Shown here: piece by piece, positions 11,311 to 21,180 of the stretch
Layout: each line of letters opens with the position of its first letter
Numbering within the stretch: the stretch's first letter is position 1
Origin: an uncultured delta proteobacterium
GTDB taxonomy: Bacteria; Desulfobacterota; Desulfomonilia; UBA1062
Assembly: GCA_963798485.1 (NCBI GenBank)
Contig: CAWCTR010000017.1
Location: 1 to 64,000 of the forward strand
Length of the DNA: 64,000 nt
Reading direction: 5' to 3'
Program-made: the position numbers and the translations under genes
The notes under the pieces: model-generated
The model's input: only the letters and a program-made list of their open reading frames with translations
The model's database searches: none
What the model was told of the DNA's origin: nothing

Positions 11311-11762
11311 GCAGCCTCCTTCTTCTTCAGACCAAAGAACAATGGACCGGACCATCGTGTACCGGTGATGGCTCGTGCCACTTCGGAGAGTGAGCGATAA
11401 CCTTTGCCGTTACACTGCACACTATCCTCTAGTACGATCACCTCATAGGTCTTTCCATGCCATTCTCATAACAGACGGGTGCCGGGTTTCGTGCTGGTGA
11501 TACCCACTGTCTGCCGTTTGGATACATTGCCTTCTGCAGCCTTTTCCAGAAAGCGGCGTGTGCCAGATTTCAGTCCTCCGAAAGCCTGTTTCTGCATGCA
11601 GTGGGCAATGGCATGCATCAGGAAATTGTTTCGGACACCACCTGGCGGTTCAGTACCATAAAGAATCCGCCATTTATCTATGAGCTCCTTACGTTCGAGG
11701 GTAGGAAGGCCTGCCAATTCATTGGCAAGCCTTCCTGCATTGAGGGATAAACGGTGCTTCAT
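11307..11762 (-). pseudogene. DUF2924-domain protein with an in-frame stop
   Basis: KPGTRLL*EWHGKTYEV...[28 protein letters not shown] overlap with the recombinase start. Confidence 0.75.
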
Positions 11763-11767
11763 AGGTT

Positions 11768-12067
11768 TCAGGCGGCGATGCGATAGATTCGTCCACGCTC
11801 ATCTTTCTCAGAAGAGATCGTGAGACCCAGCCGCTTTTTCAATACGCCGGACATCATCCCACGGATGCTGTGCCCTTGCCAGCCGGTCACCTCGATCATC
11901 TCATCGAGAGTGGCTCCATCCGTACGCGTCAGCATTCTGATCATCATTGCTTGCTTGGTCTCACCTCGTGTTTTGGTTTTGGTGTCGTTCTTATCGGGTT
12001 CAACATGCTGCTTAGGGGCTGGGCTATTCCTCTTTCCACTTTTCTTACTCTTCCTGCTCTGTTCCAT
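11768..12067 (-). CDS. DUF3489-domain protein
   Basis: TKQAMMIRMLTRTDGATLDEM...TGWQGHSIRG..SG.LKKRLGL...GRIYRI. Start is uncertain (ORF extends to 12154). Confidence 0.8.
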   Translation of the reverse strand: MEQSRKSKKSGKRNSPAPKQHVEPDKNDTKTKTRGETKQAMMIRMLTRTDGATLDEMIEVTGWQGHSIRGMMSGVLKKRLGLTISSEKDERGRIYRIAA

Positions 12068-12309
12068 CAGGAAGTCCAGTCCTTTCTGGTAATGTCTAGA
12101 GTAAAAATCGCCCATGGCTTTATTACTCCTGTAGCGGACATGGGTTTGATTCACATGTGGAATGGTATGTGAAATATATGTTGTTACAACGCTAAGCCCT
12201 AAAGATTATCTGTGTAGAAAAGATAACCATATCATCGATCGCCAAAGGAGTTGTTATTCTCAGAGCAGTAGGATATGAATCTCTTCTTTGCGAATAAGGA
12301 GGGGATATC

Positions 12310-12528
12310 ATGATAGCTCTGAAGTCTAAAACAAGTGACGGTTCAACCTTCCAGGTCTATGATGATGACAGACTCATAGGCTATATCAAAAGACAGAAGG
12401 GGTTGACTGGAGATAATTATCAGGTTTCAGTTTATAGAGACGGAAAAGTGGAGAACATTGGGAAGGAATTCGATGCCCCGCATGATGCCTTAAAATGGAT
12501 TGAGATGCATAGATTGAGCCCAAATTAG
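12310..12528 (+). CDS. Hypothetical protein, 72 aa
   Basis: Strong RBS (AAGGAGGGG) and globular composition. Confidence 0.6.
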   Translation: MIALKSKTSDGSTFQVYDDDRLIGYIKRQKGLTGDNYQVSVYRDGKVENIGKEFDAPHDALKWIEMHRLSPN

Positions 12529-12789
12529 TATAATCAGAGATCACATCATAAGAATTACACATACCCCATAATGAAGATTTGTAAACAAAACATCTAATCT
12601 TTCTTGTCTGATTGAACCTGACGATTTATCGCAGTAATCATCACTCTGATATAGAATAGAACAAAACATAATGATAATATAGCAAATTAAAGAGTGATTA
12701 CGTACCGGTGATCAAACAACAAGAATAAGAGTCAAAGACTTCGTTTGCTGATTTTATTCTTCAAGATATGTGAGGCTTTGGGCTGTCTA

Positions 12790-15288
12790 ATGAAAAAACG
12801 AGCAAAAAAACAGCTTCAGAAACCGATTGTTCATACAACTAATGGGAATATATTCATATTAGATACCATTTTCAAAAAGTACAGCAAGTGGATTACAATT
12901 GGACTTACCCTATTCTTGCTGTTCATTACTTTCCATGAGTTTATTTTCGGAAAATTATATTATCTGTTTAAGGATATTGCAAAAGATACAATTATTGAAG
13001 GCTATCCATTTTTCTATCATATATCATGTTATATACACTCTGAAGGGTTCCTTTTATGGTCATTTGCACAAGGCATGGGACAGAATATTATGTCACCCAG
13101 TTTGTGTGATCCATTCTATTGGATAGTCTACTTTTCAGGAACAGAGCATGCAGCATATGCAATAATCTGGATGGAAATAGCAAAAATCGTACTCACTGCA
13201 TTAGTATTCTATAATTTTCTTAAACTCTGGAATCTCTCTTACATCACAACAATAGTTGGTACATTGCTATATTGTTTCAGTAGTTTTATGATAATTGGGG
13301 GACAATGGTGGGTATTTTCCACTGAAGCATGTTATTTGGCATTACTTCTTTTAGGTTTTGAAAAATTGTATCGTCAAAATACTGGGTATCTCTTAACACT
13401 TGCAATAGCGCTCTTTGCTATTCTCAATCCTTTTAGGCTCTATATTTATGGAATATTTCTTATCATCTATTTTTTATTCAAACATCTTACCTCTGAAGAA
13501 CCTACCCTCAAGAAGTTTTTTACCGTAAGTTTAAAAATGGCTGGCTTTGGCTTTCTTGGAATTATTATCAGCAGTTTTATTTTTGTAGCTAATTGTCAAT
13601 ATCTTCTAGAAAGCCCCAGGGTAGGTGGTAATTTTTCATTCTTTAAAACACTGTTTTCTATACCTGTCTTTTCTTTTGAAAGGCAGGAACATTATGTGAC
13701 AGCAATATTGCGATTATTTTCCGGTGATTTGCTAGGAAACGGCAAAAATTATACCGGATGGCACAATTACCTTGAAGCTCCATTGTTCTATATTGGGTTA
13801 CTTCCTTTACTGTTGATGCCTCAAGTATTTCTATCATCATCAAATAACAGGAAAAAGATTGTCTATGCTTCCTTTCTTATCGTTATACTTATCCCAGTAA
13901 TCTTTCCTTTTTTCCGTTATGCCTTATTTCTCTTTACTGGAGATTATTACAGAAGCTTTTCACTATTTGTCTCGCTCTCCTTTCTTTTCCTTGGCCTTTA
14001 TGCTTTGGACGGGATTGATAGAGAATATTCCATTAACGCTTATGTGCTATTGGGGACGCTATTTATCCTTCTTCTCATTCTCTATTTCCCTTATCCAACT
14101 GAGATAACCAATATTAATATATCTGATGGGTTACGCTATGTAGATAGACAGAATTTGACAGGGGTAATTTTAATCAATACAGGATTGCGTTCAGTAATAA
14201 GTATTTTTCTCGTGCTTTATACAGGGCTGATATTATTATTCAAGTATGAAAGTTGCAGGCCATATCTGCGGATATTGTTACTATTGATACTAGCAATTGA
14301 AATTGGCTATATGAACATGGGGATCTTGAAGAACAGAGATGCACTATCGCCAGAAAATATATCCGCTTTGTTTAATACTAAGGATGCTGTTGATACTATC
14401 AAAGCTAATGATAAGGAGTTTTTTCGAATTAACAAAAACCACAAGTTGTTATTAAATAGTTTGTTTATATACAATAATGCAAAAATTGAAGGGTATTATG
14501 GAACCGCATGTTATGATTCTTTTAATCAGAAATATTACATACGGTTTTTAGAAGAAATGGGTATAATCGAGAGAGGTAATGAGTGGCTAAGTCGATGCAG
14601 CCCTGGGTTGATGACCCAGCCCCTGTTATGGTCATTTGCAAGTATTAAATACAATATTGGCCTAGATGCGGACTATTCTACAATGAAGTTACTGGATGAT
14701 CAGCCTCTTAAGATGATTGACAATATCATACTATATAAAAACAATCAATTTTTGCCTTTAGGTTATACATATGATCACTTTATTCCCCTAAGTGAATTTA
14801 GGAAATTGACACAATTTCAAAAGGAACAGGTTATATATAAAGCTTTTGTAGCAGAGGAACCTATAGATAACAAAATGAAAAGCAAATTAATGAATTATGA
14901 TATAAAAGAATTACCACAAAATATTACTGTTGGATTCCATATAAGAGATATCGATCTCCTTAGAAAGGATACTTTCAAGATTGATAAATTCAGCCAGAAT
15001 AATATTAGTGGTACAATAAAGCTGGATACTCCCAAATTGTTGTTCTTCACCATTCCTTATGACAAGGGTTGGAACATTATTATTGATCATAATCATATCA
15101 AGCCTCTATTGACCAATGTTGGATTTATGGGTTTTATGCTGGAACCTGGGAGGCATGACATTAAATTATACTATGAACCTTCATATTTTATAGCAAGTTT
15201 ATGTGTATCCCTATTAGGGTTAATAATATATTTAGGATTAATAATGATACATTTTATGAATAAACGTAAAGAAATTAAGGTAGTTTAG
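12790..15288 (+). CDS. YfhO-family membrane protein, copy 2
   Basis: Colinear and highly similar paralogue of 1929-4424. Confidence 0.8.
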   Translation: MKKRAKKQLQKPIVHTTNGNIFILDTIFKKYSKWITIGLTLFLLFITFHEFIFGKLYYLFKDIAKDTIIEGYPFFYHISCYIHSEGFLLWSFAQGMGQNIMSPSLCDPFYWIVYFSGTEHAAYAIIWMEIAKIVLTALVFYNFLKLWNLSYITTIVGTLLYCFSSFMIIGGQWWVFSTEACYLALLLLGFEKLYRQNTGYLLTLAIALFAILNPFRLYIYGIFLIIYFLFKHLTSEEPTLKKFFTVSLKMAGFGFLGIIISSFIFVANCQYLLESPRVGGNFSFFKTLFSIPVFSFERQEHYVTAILRLFSGDLLGNGKNYTGWHNYLEAPLFYIGLLPLLLMPQVFLSSSNNRKKIVYASFLIVILIPVIFPFFRYALFLFTGDYYRSFSLFVSLSFLFLGLYALDGIDREYSINAYVLLGTLFILLLILYFPYPTEITNINISDGLRYVDRQNLTGVILINTGLRSVISIFLVLYTGLILLFKYESCRPYLRILLLLILAIEIGYMNMGILKNRDALSPENISALFNTKDAVDTIKANDKEFFRINKNHKLLLNSLFIYNNAKIEGYYGTACYDSFNQKYYIRFLEEMGIIERGNEWLSRCSPGLMTQPLLWSFASIKYNIGLDADYSTMKLLDDQPLKMIDNIILYKNNQFLPLGYTYDHFIPLSEFRKLTQFQKEQVIYKAFVAEEPIDNKMKSKLMNYDIKELPQNITVGFHIRDIDLLRKDTFKIDKFSQNNISGTIKLDTPKLLFFTIPYDKGWNIIIDHNHIKPLLTNVGFMGFMLEPGRHDIKLYYEPSYFIASLCVSLLGLIIYLGLIMIHFMNKRKEIKVV

Positions 15289-15507
15289 GGGAGTTGTTGG
15301 CTATTAGTCTTCAAAAGACAATCATCATGAAAATGAAAATCTATGTCTGCATGAGTCTATGTACGTTTTAGTGGAGTTCGTATTTATGGATAGCCTTTGC
15401 AAATAAAATTTAATGCCTGCTATTGTATCAAAGCATATCTTGCTGCACTGGGAATATGTATGAATTATATGTAAGAATAGATAATATATTGTAAGTAGTG
15501 ATCGGAG

Positions 15508-17451
15508 TTGATGCTCTTGGCTCGTGTTAAAGGTTTAGCACAAAGAAAAAAGGTTGTTGCAAAATCCAAGCAGGCTGTTTCAGCTGATGTCTCAGATCAC
15601 AAGCCAAATCTCCTGAAAAAACATCCTGTAACCATTATCTGCGTGTTCTTAACTATTACTATTTGCTCTGTATATTTGCAGGTTACAGACCACCAGTTCA
15701 TAATCTATGATGATCAACAATATATTACAGAGAACAGTCATGTACTTTCCGGATTGAACCTGGAAAATATCAAATGGGCCTTCACTAGTGTATATGCAGC
15801 CAACTGGCATCCACTCACATGGATATCACATATGGTGGATGTGGATATATTTGGGATGAAGCCAGGTATGCATCATCTTACAAACGTAATATTCCACATA
15901 TTGAACTCTATCTTACTCTTCATAGTTCTTAACCAGATGACAGGGGCATTATGGAGGAGCGCTACGGTGGCTGTTCTTTTTGCTCTTCACCCCCTGCATG
16001 TGGAGTCGGTTGCATGGATCGCAGAACGTAAGGATGTACTAAGTACTTTTTTCTGGATGCTTACCATGCTGGCCTATCACAGATATGTCGGAAGCCGTAC
16101 AATTTCTAAATATCTCGTCATGATCCTGTTCTTTGGCCTGGGACTTATGGCTAAAACCATGCTGGTAACACTCCCCTTCGTATTGTTGTTATTGGACTTC
16201 TGGCCACTAAAAAGAGAAGAGCTAAACCTTGCTAATAATAGTTCTCGGGCTGAACAATCATGGTGTCCAAAGATAAATCCACGAGGTATCCTCCAATTGA
16301 TTGTGGAAAAGGTTCCTCTCCTGATTATGGCCCTGGCGGCCTGTGGGGTAACGTTCTATGCACAATCGATGGGAGGAGCGGTAAACTCTCTGGAACGAGT
16401 AAATTTTGCATCGAGGATTCAAAATGTAATCATCTCCTATGTTGCCTATCTCTGGAAGATGATCTGGCCACTCAACCTTGCATTATTTTACCCATATCCA
16501 AAACAATTCAGCATATTGATGGTTGGTATGTGCCTTTTGTTACTCATCGCCATCACCGTGATTGTTGTCATGTCAGTAAGGAGGTTGCCTTACCTTGTAA
16601 CAGGCTGGTTCTGGTACCTTGGAACTCTGGTGCCGGTGATAGGGATCGTGCAGGTGGGATCACAGTCCATGGCTGACCGGTACACATATATACCACTGAT
16701 AGGAATATTCATCATGATTGCCTGGGGTATACCCGAATTGCTCGACAAATGGCAATTCAAAAAGATAGTGCTTGCAACATTAACAGGGATAGTCATTCTA
16801 ATTCTTATAGCGTGTTCATGGATGCAACTAGGATATTGGAAGAATAATAATACGCTTTATGAGCATGCCCTCAATGTGACAGAAAATAATGATCTTGCTC
16901 ACTTTACTCTAGCTAAAGATCTTATAGATCATGGAGAATTTAATGACGCTCTAAAACATTGTACTGAAGCTTTGAAGATAAATCCATATAACTCACGTGC
17001 AAATAATATTATGGGACTCGTTCTAAAAAAGAGAGGTGAGATATCAAAATCTATCAGTTATTATTCTAAGGCTATACAGATAGATTCAAATTATGTGGAG
17101 GCTTATAACAATTTAGGTTCAGCGTTCATTAATCAGGGTAACAATATTGAGGCTGTCAAACAGTTCTCTAGAGCCATTGAGATAGAACCTGAATGTGTTT
17201 TCGCATATATAAACATGGGTGTTGCTTTAGCTAATCAGGGCAGGGTAAATGAAGCTATTCAAGCGTATCAAAAAGCGATTCAGATTAGATCTAACTCATT
17301 AGAAGCTCATTACAATCTCGCTATCACCCTCCTGTCACAAGGAAAAAAAGATGAAGCGATTGATCAATTTAACTTGGTGTTGAGTATAGACCCAGGGAAT
17401 ATACAGGCCAAGAAGATTTTATCCATGTTATTGTCAAACAAGAATAAATAA
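15508..17451 (+). CDS. TMTC-like glycosyltransferase/TPR protein, copy 2 (shorter TPR tail)
   Basis: Paralogue of 4691-7069 that lacks the last ~145 aa. Confidence 0.85.
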   Translation: MMLLARVKGLAQRKKVVAKSKQAVSADVSDHKPNLLKKHPVTIICVFLTITICSVYLQVTDHQFIIYDDQQYITENSHVLSGLNLENIKWAFTSVYAANWHPLTWISHMVDVDIFGMKPGMHHLTNVIFHILNSILLFIVLNQMTGALWRSATVAVLFALHPLHVESVAWIAERKDVLSTFFWMLTMLAYHRYVGSRTISKYLVMILFFGLGLMAKTMLVTLPFVLLLLDFWPLKREELNLANNSSRAEQSWCPKINPRGILQLIVEKVPLLIMALAACGVTFYAQSMGGAVNSLERVNFASRIQNVIISYVAYLWKMIWPLNLALFYPYPKQFSILMVGMCLLLLIAITVIVVMSVRRLPYLVTGWFWYLGTLVPVIGIVQVGSQSMADRYTYIPLIGIFIMIAWGIPELLDKWQFKKIVLATLTGIVILILIACSWMQLGYWKNNNTLYEHALNVTENNDLAHFTLAKDLIDHGEFNDALKHCTEALKINPYNSRANNIMGLVLKKRGEISKSISYYSKAIQIDSNYVEAYNNLGSAFINQGNNIEAVKQFSRAIEIEPECVFAYINMGVALANQGRVNEAIQAYQKAIQIRSNSLEAHYNLAITLLSQGKKDEAIDQFNLVLSIDPGNIQAKKILSMLLSNKNK

Positions 17452-17708
17452 ATCTAAAACCAAGATCTCCCAAATATGAAACTATTATCAATCTGAGTAC
17501 GACCCATTATAATGCCTATATTGGCACTAAATCCATTGAAATATCTTCTAAAAGGTTAAGATTTTGTGCCAAACTGTGGTGTTTGAAATAAGATGCCCTA
17601 TGTGTTGATTTCGTGCCAGGTGCAACGCTCTGATCTGATGTGTCTTACGTGTATGTTTCAATCCAAGATCATCGGTTTTTGGACCTTTGGAAAGTGCCAA
17701 CTTATTGC

Positions 17709-17855
17709 GTGACTGTCGAAAAACTCCGATAAGCTCTAAAACCTCCAGATTTGGACCATCAAAACACAAGCCCCGATTTAAGATCTCCCAACGTAGGACA
17801 TTATACGAAATCAATTTTTTGTCACTTTTCATCCTTTGAGTTTTTCGACAGTCTC
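17709..17855. mobile_element. MITE with perfect 16-bp terminal inverted repeats (IS1182/IS5-like ends)
   Basis: GACTGTCGAAAAACTC (17711-17726) and GAGTTTTTCGACAGTC (17838-17853), flanked by TGC/CGC. No ORF. Confidence 0.75.
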
Positions 17856-18084
17856 CGCAGTGATCATCACTTGATATTTGGAGATCGAGATCAGAAAATC
17901 GATAAACTTGATCTGACGTGAATGTATGCCGTCAATCTTTTGCAACAAGTCATATTCCTTGGTTTTTTAAATTATAAAAGGTGGCCTATTTGAAGTGTAA
18001 TAAAGTTCTCACCTAAATTATTAGATGGATCTGTCCAATGGAAAATCTTTGCACCATTGGAGAAGTGTCTATATCCAATCGAGA

Positions 18085-18205
18085 GAGCTGATTGCAAAAC
18101 TAATAAAAGGTGTCACCCCCGCGAAGGCGGGGGTCCAGAAGTACCTGAAAAGACTGGATTCCCGCCTTCGCGGGAATGACATTCTGGTAGTTTTGCAATT
18201 GGTTC
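18085..18205. repeat. MITE-like element containing a REP-type palindrome doublet
   Basis: Imperfect TIRs GAGCTGATTGCAAAAC and GTTTTGCAATTGGTTC with GAGA on both sides. Core is GTCACCCCCGCGAAGGCGGGGGTCCAG...CTGGATTCCCGCCTTCGCGGGAATGAC (18112-18180). Confidence 0.75.
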
Positions 18206-18459
18206 GAGAGATCAATTTTTTCTGCCCTCATACCCAGCGCAAATCGGAATGCAAATTGAAGATGTGTGCCCAGATTGTTGGACGTCTTTACCATATAGGC
18301 ACCACCAGGCTCAAAGCTGAAATAGGTTTTGCTTGGCAAATCCCACCATATTCCCTTTACAAGAACAATCGCATTATTGTGATTCTGCCCATTCCAGGAA
18401 CCGAGTGCTAAGTTATATTCTCATACTAAGATGAAACTCCATTTGGGTTATCTATTTAT

Positions 18460-20027
18460 CCTAAAAACGTAAGTTGACCCTCTCAACCAGGTGCCGAGAG
18501 CAAGACGAGGGGGTTGAACTTACCAAGAATGGTGCGAAACGCCCTCTGGATGATCAGTTTAATGCGCTGAATAATCGGCAACTGCTCCGCATGAGTCTTG
18601 AGATGATACTGAGAAATGCGCTAAGGGCTTGTAGCACAGATTGCACAGCAGATGATTTTGAATGTGTTGTGGTGATTGTCAAAATAGTCTGTCCGGAATG
18701 TTTGGTCTGCCGGGCGACTCCATTAAGAAGCAGCGGACGGCTGGTGATGGCCTCAAGATGTTTGCCGGAGGCAAGATGGACAAAAAGAGACCACCAGTTA
18801 TAGACCAAGGCTACCATCCGACTTGCCAGACGGCACCGCTTGAGGTCATGCGTGGTGTATCCTCCCAAGCTCCACTGGTTCTTCAATTCGTCAAAGCAGT
18901 TCGCACAGTCGGCACGTGTCCCGCTAAAGCTGGGCTATGGCCTAGAGGATCACATAGGGAAGATCTGTGATCAGAACGGCATATTCGTAGCGTGATATCA
19001 TCTCGGAGGCCTCTACAAAAGCAAAGCTCAGCTGTGCTTCGTCCGCCAGCACAATGTCCCCATTGATCCTGCGGCGGGTTACTATCACACGCCTGGAACG
19101 GCTCCATCCAAGGAGTTTGAGTTCTGCCTCAGCCCCTTGGTATCCATGTCCTGAATTACTCCCAATAAGCCCTAAAAAATAGGTTTTCAATAAAATGCTT
19201 CAAATTGGCGATGAGTCGAAGTTATGATAGATAAGGAACTTGATGGGATTAGATTCCGTAAAGAAGCCTTGATTACCCAGAAAGATATCCACCCGAATAA
19301 GGGTAGGCTTGCTCTCCTGGGGAAGCGCATCATAATAGCTCCATAAGCTGGGCATGACATGTTTGGCCGTGTGCTGATTGCCGTGGTGGACCTCCAGCGA
19401 AAGCGCCAGACGCGTGTTCCCCATGAAGCAGGAATGGTAGTTGTGCGATGGCCGGCCCGGCTTGGTGGGATTGTAGCTTACAACAGCCCCTTCCTGCTTG
19501 CCATACAGACATTTCACCGTAGTATCCGTGTCCAGTATCCAGGGACCAGCGGACACCGCCGCAGCGGTGCATATGCGAAGCTGGGCGTCGAGCCATGCTA
19601 CTCCGGCTTGTTCGTCCATGGCCAACATGGCGCGCCGGACTGCATCTTCGCTTATCACCTTCTCCATCCCAAGAAGACCAGGGTTCACACCATCGAATCG
19701 GATGGAACTGATATGCGCATAGCGATTATGCCCCGCAAGTATTGAGAGCATCAGAGTGCCGAGCACATCCCGGACAGAGGGCGCATTCGGGCTTGTATAC
19801 TCAAGCGGACAAGTCTCAATAAACTGATCAAAAAGCCCGCTTACTTTTAGAAATTCAATGAAAAATGGCAACTGGCCCAAAGGTGTGACTGCCGCCTGTG
19901 GATCCCATTCAACATGAATCTTACCACTGAACGTGTCCACTCCGATCCGCTCGGGAGATCCCGATTCCCCTGCCTTGATCATCTCACCCATTTGGTGAAC
20001 TCCTCTTGATTAAAATTCAAATACAGG
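18460..20027 (-). mobile_element. Decayed DDE insertion sequence (IS1380/IS4-like), transposase in fragments
   Basis: Fragments 19200-19991 (WILDTDTTVK.LYGKQEGA...PGRPSH), ~18942-19150 and 18554-18886 (KNQWSLGGYTTHDL). Both putative ends begin CCT. Family assignment is tentative. Confidence 0.72.
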
Positions 20028-20042
20028 TTATATTTCATACTA

Positions 20043-20849
20043 ATGATGAAACTCCAATTGGGTTATTTATTTATTGCTCTCTTCAACCTCGGATTACTCC
20101 CTGGCTGTGGGACTCTTAAAAATGGGCGAGAGTGGGGACAGGATGCTACCATAACTCCAGGATGGAAAAAGGTGGGCAATTCAGCCTTGGATGCAGTGAC
20201 ATCACCAGTTGTCTGGTTGCCGTCTGTAACAGCCTTAGCGCTTAAATACCGTGACTTTGACGGCAGGATTTCTCATTATGCTTCTGAACACAATCCCGTT
20301 TTCGGTTCCCAGGACAACGCTGCGAACGCGAGTAACGTGCTCGCGGTGATCGCCTCTGGCGCTTACGTAGCAAGCTTTTTAGCTACACCCAGCGGCAATG
20401 TATCACAGGAGTGGCTGAGCAACAAAACCAAAGGCTTAGCTGTGGATGCCGTAGCCATTGGCGCAACTAGCCTGTCCACTGCATCTCTCAAAGATGCAAC
20501 ACACCGACTTCGCCCGGATGGATCCGATTACTTCAGCATGCCCTCAGGGCATGCCTCCCATGCTGCTGTGTCAACACGACTTGCAACTCTCAACCTTGAA
20601 TCTATCGACATGCCGGAGCCTGCCAGGTGGATAGCAGATGCTTCCCTGTATACCGTATCGCTTGGTACAGGCTGGGCTCGGGTGGAAGCCCAAAAGCATT
20701 ATCCTTCGGATGTGTTGGTGGGTTTTGCTTTGGGTAATTTCATGGCAGCCTTCTTCCATAACACTTTCATGGGCTTGGATAACGATGTTCAACCTGAGGT
20801 CAGTGTAGGACATGGAAATATTGCTCTCGGAGTTCATATCCGCTTTTGA
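20043..20849 (+). CDS. PAP2-family phosphatase, probable lipoprotein
   Basis: KDATHRLRP, SMPSGH and ARVEAQKHYPSDV motifs. Lipobox-like LPGC. Confidence 0.88.
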   Translation: MMKLQLGYLFIALFNLGLLPGCGTLKNGREWGQDATITPGWKKVGNSALDAVTSPVVWLPSVTALALKYRDFDGRISHYASEHNPVFGSQDNAANASNVLAVIASGAYVASFLATPSGNVSQEWLSNKTKGLAVDAVAIGATSLSTASLKDATHRLRPDGSDYFSMPSGHASHAAVSTRLATLNLESIDMPEPARWIADASLYTVSLGTGWARVEAQKHYPSDVLVGFALGNFMAAFFHNTFMGLDNDVQPEVSVGHGNIALGVHIRF

Positions 20850-21180
20850 ATTAGATACTTAAAACTAAAGATACCCTAGCCAAAGTTATGCAGGTTTCAA
20901 TTATATTTTAACACTATGGGAACACAGCCCTTTAACTATCTCTTTATTACTACTCAATATGTTTAAACCCAAGATCTTCAGTTTTCAGGCTTTTCAAAAG
21001 CATTCAGTTATCGCAGAATATTCAATTTAATATGGAGGGTCTTCCTGCAGCATAGTGCCTATATCGGAGATACTAATTTACAGAAAATCTTAAGACTTGT
21101 CTTGCACATTTTGTCATTGTACGAATAGTGTACAAGATTGATTACTTGGAACTTTAAAATACCCTACTGAAAATTATGTA

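Noticed and set aside
1929-17451. Diversity-generating retroelement explanation for the paralogue differences
   Set aside because: The differences are not adenine-specific, they span whole genes, and there is no reverse transcriptase in the window.
18025-18411. 128-aa ORF
   Set aside because: Its VTPAKAGVQ...LDSRLRGND content is a translation of the REP palindrome.
1727-21016. Integron attC sites or a CRISPR array
   Set aside because: There are no RYYYAAC/GTTRRRY boxes with long dyad symmetry, no intI or cas genes, and the copies are kilobases apart.
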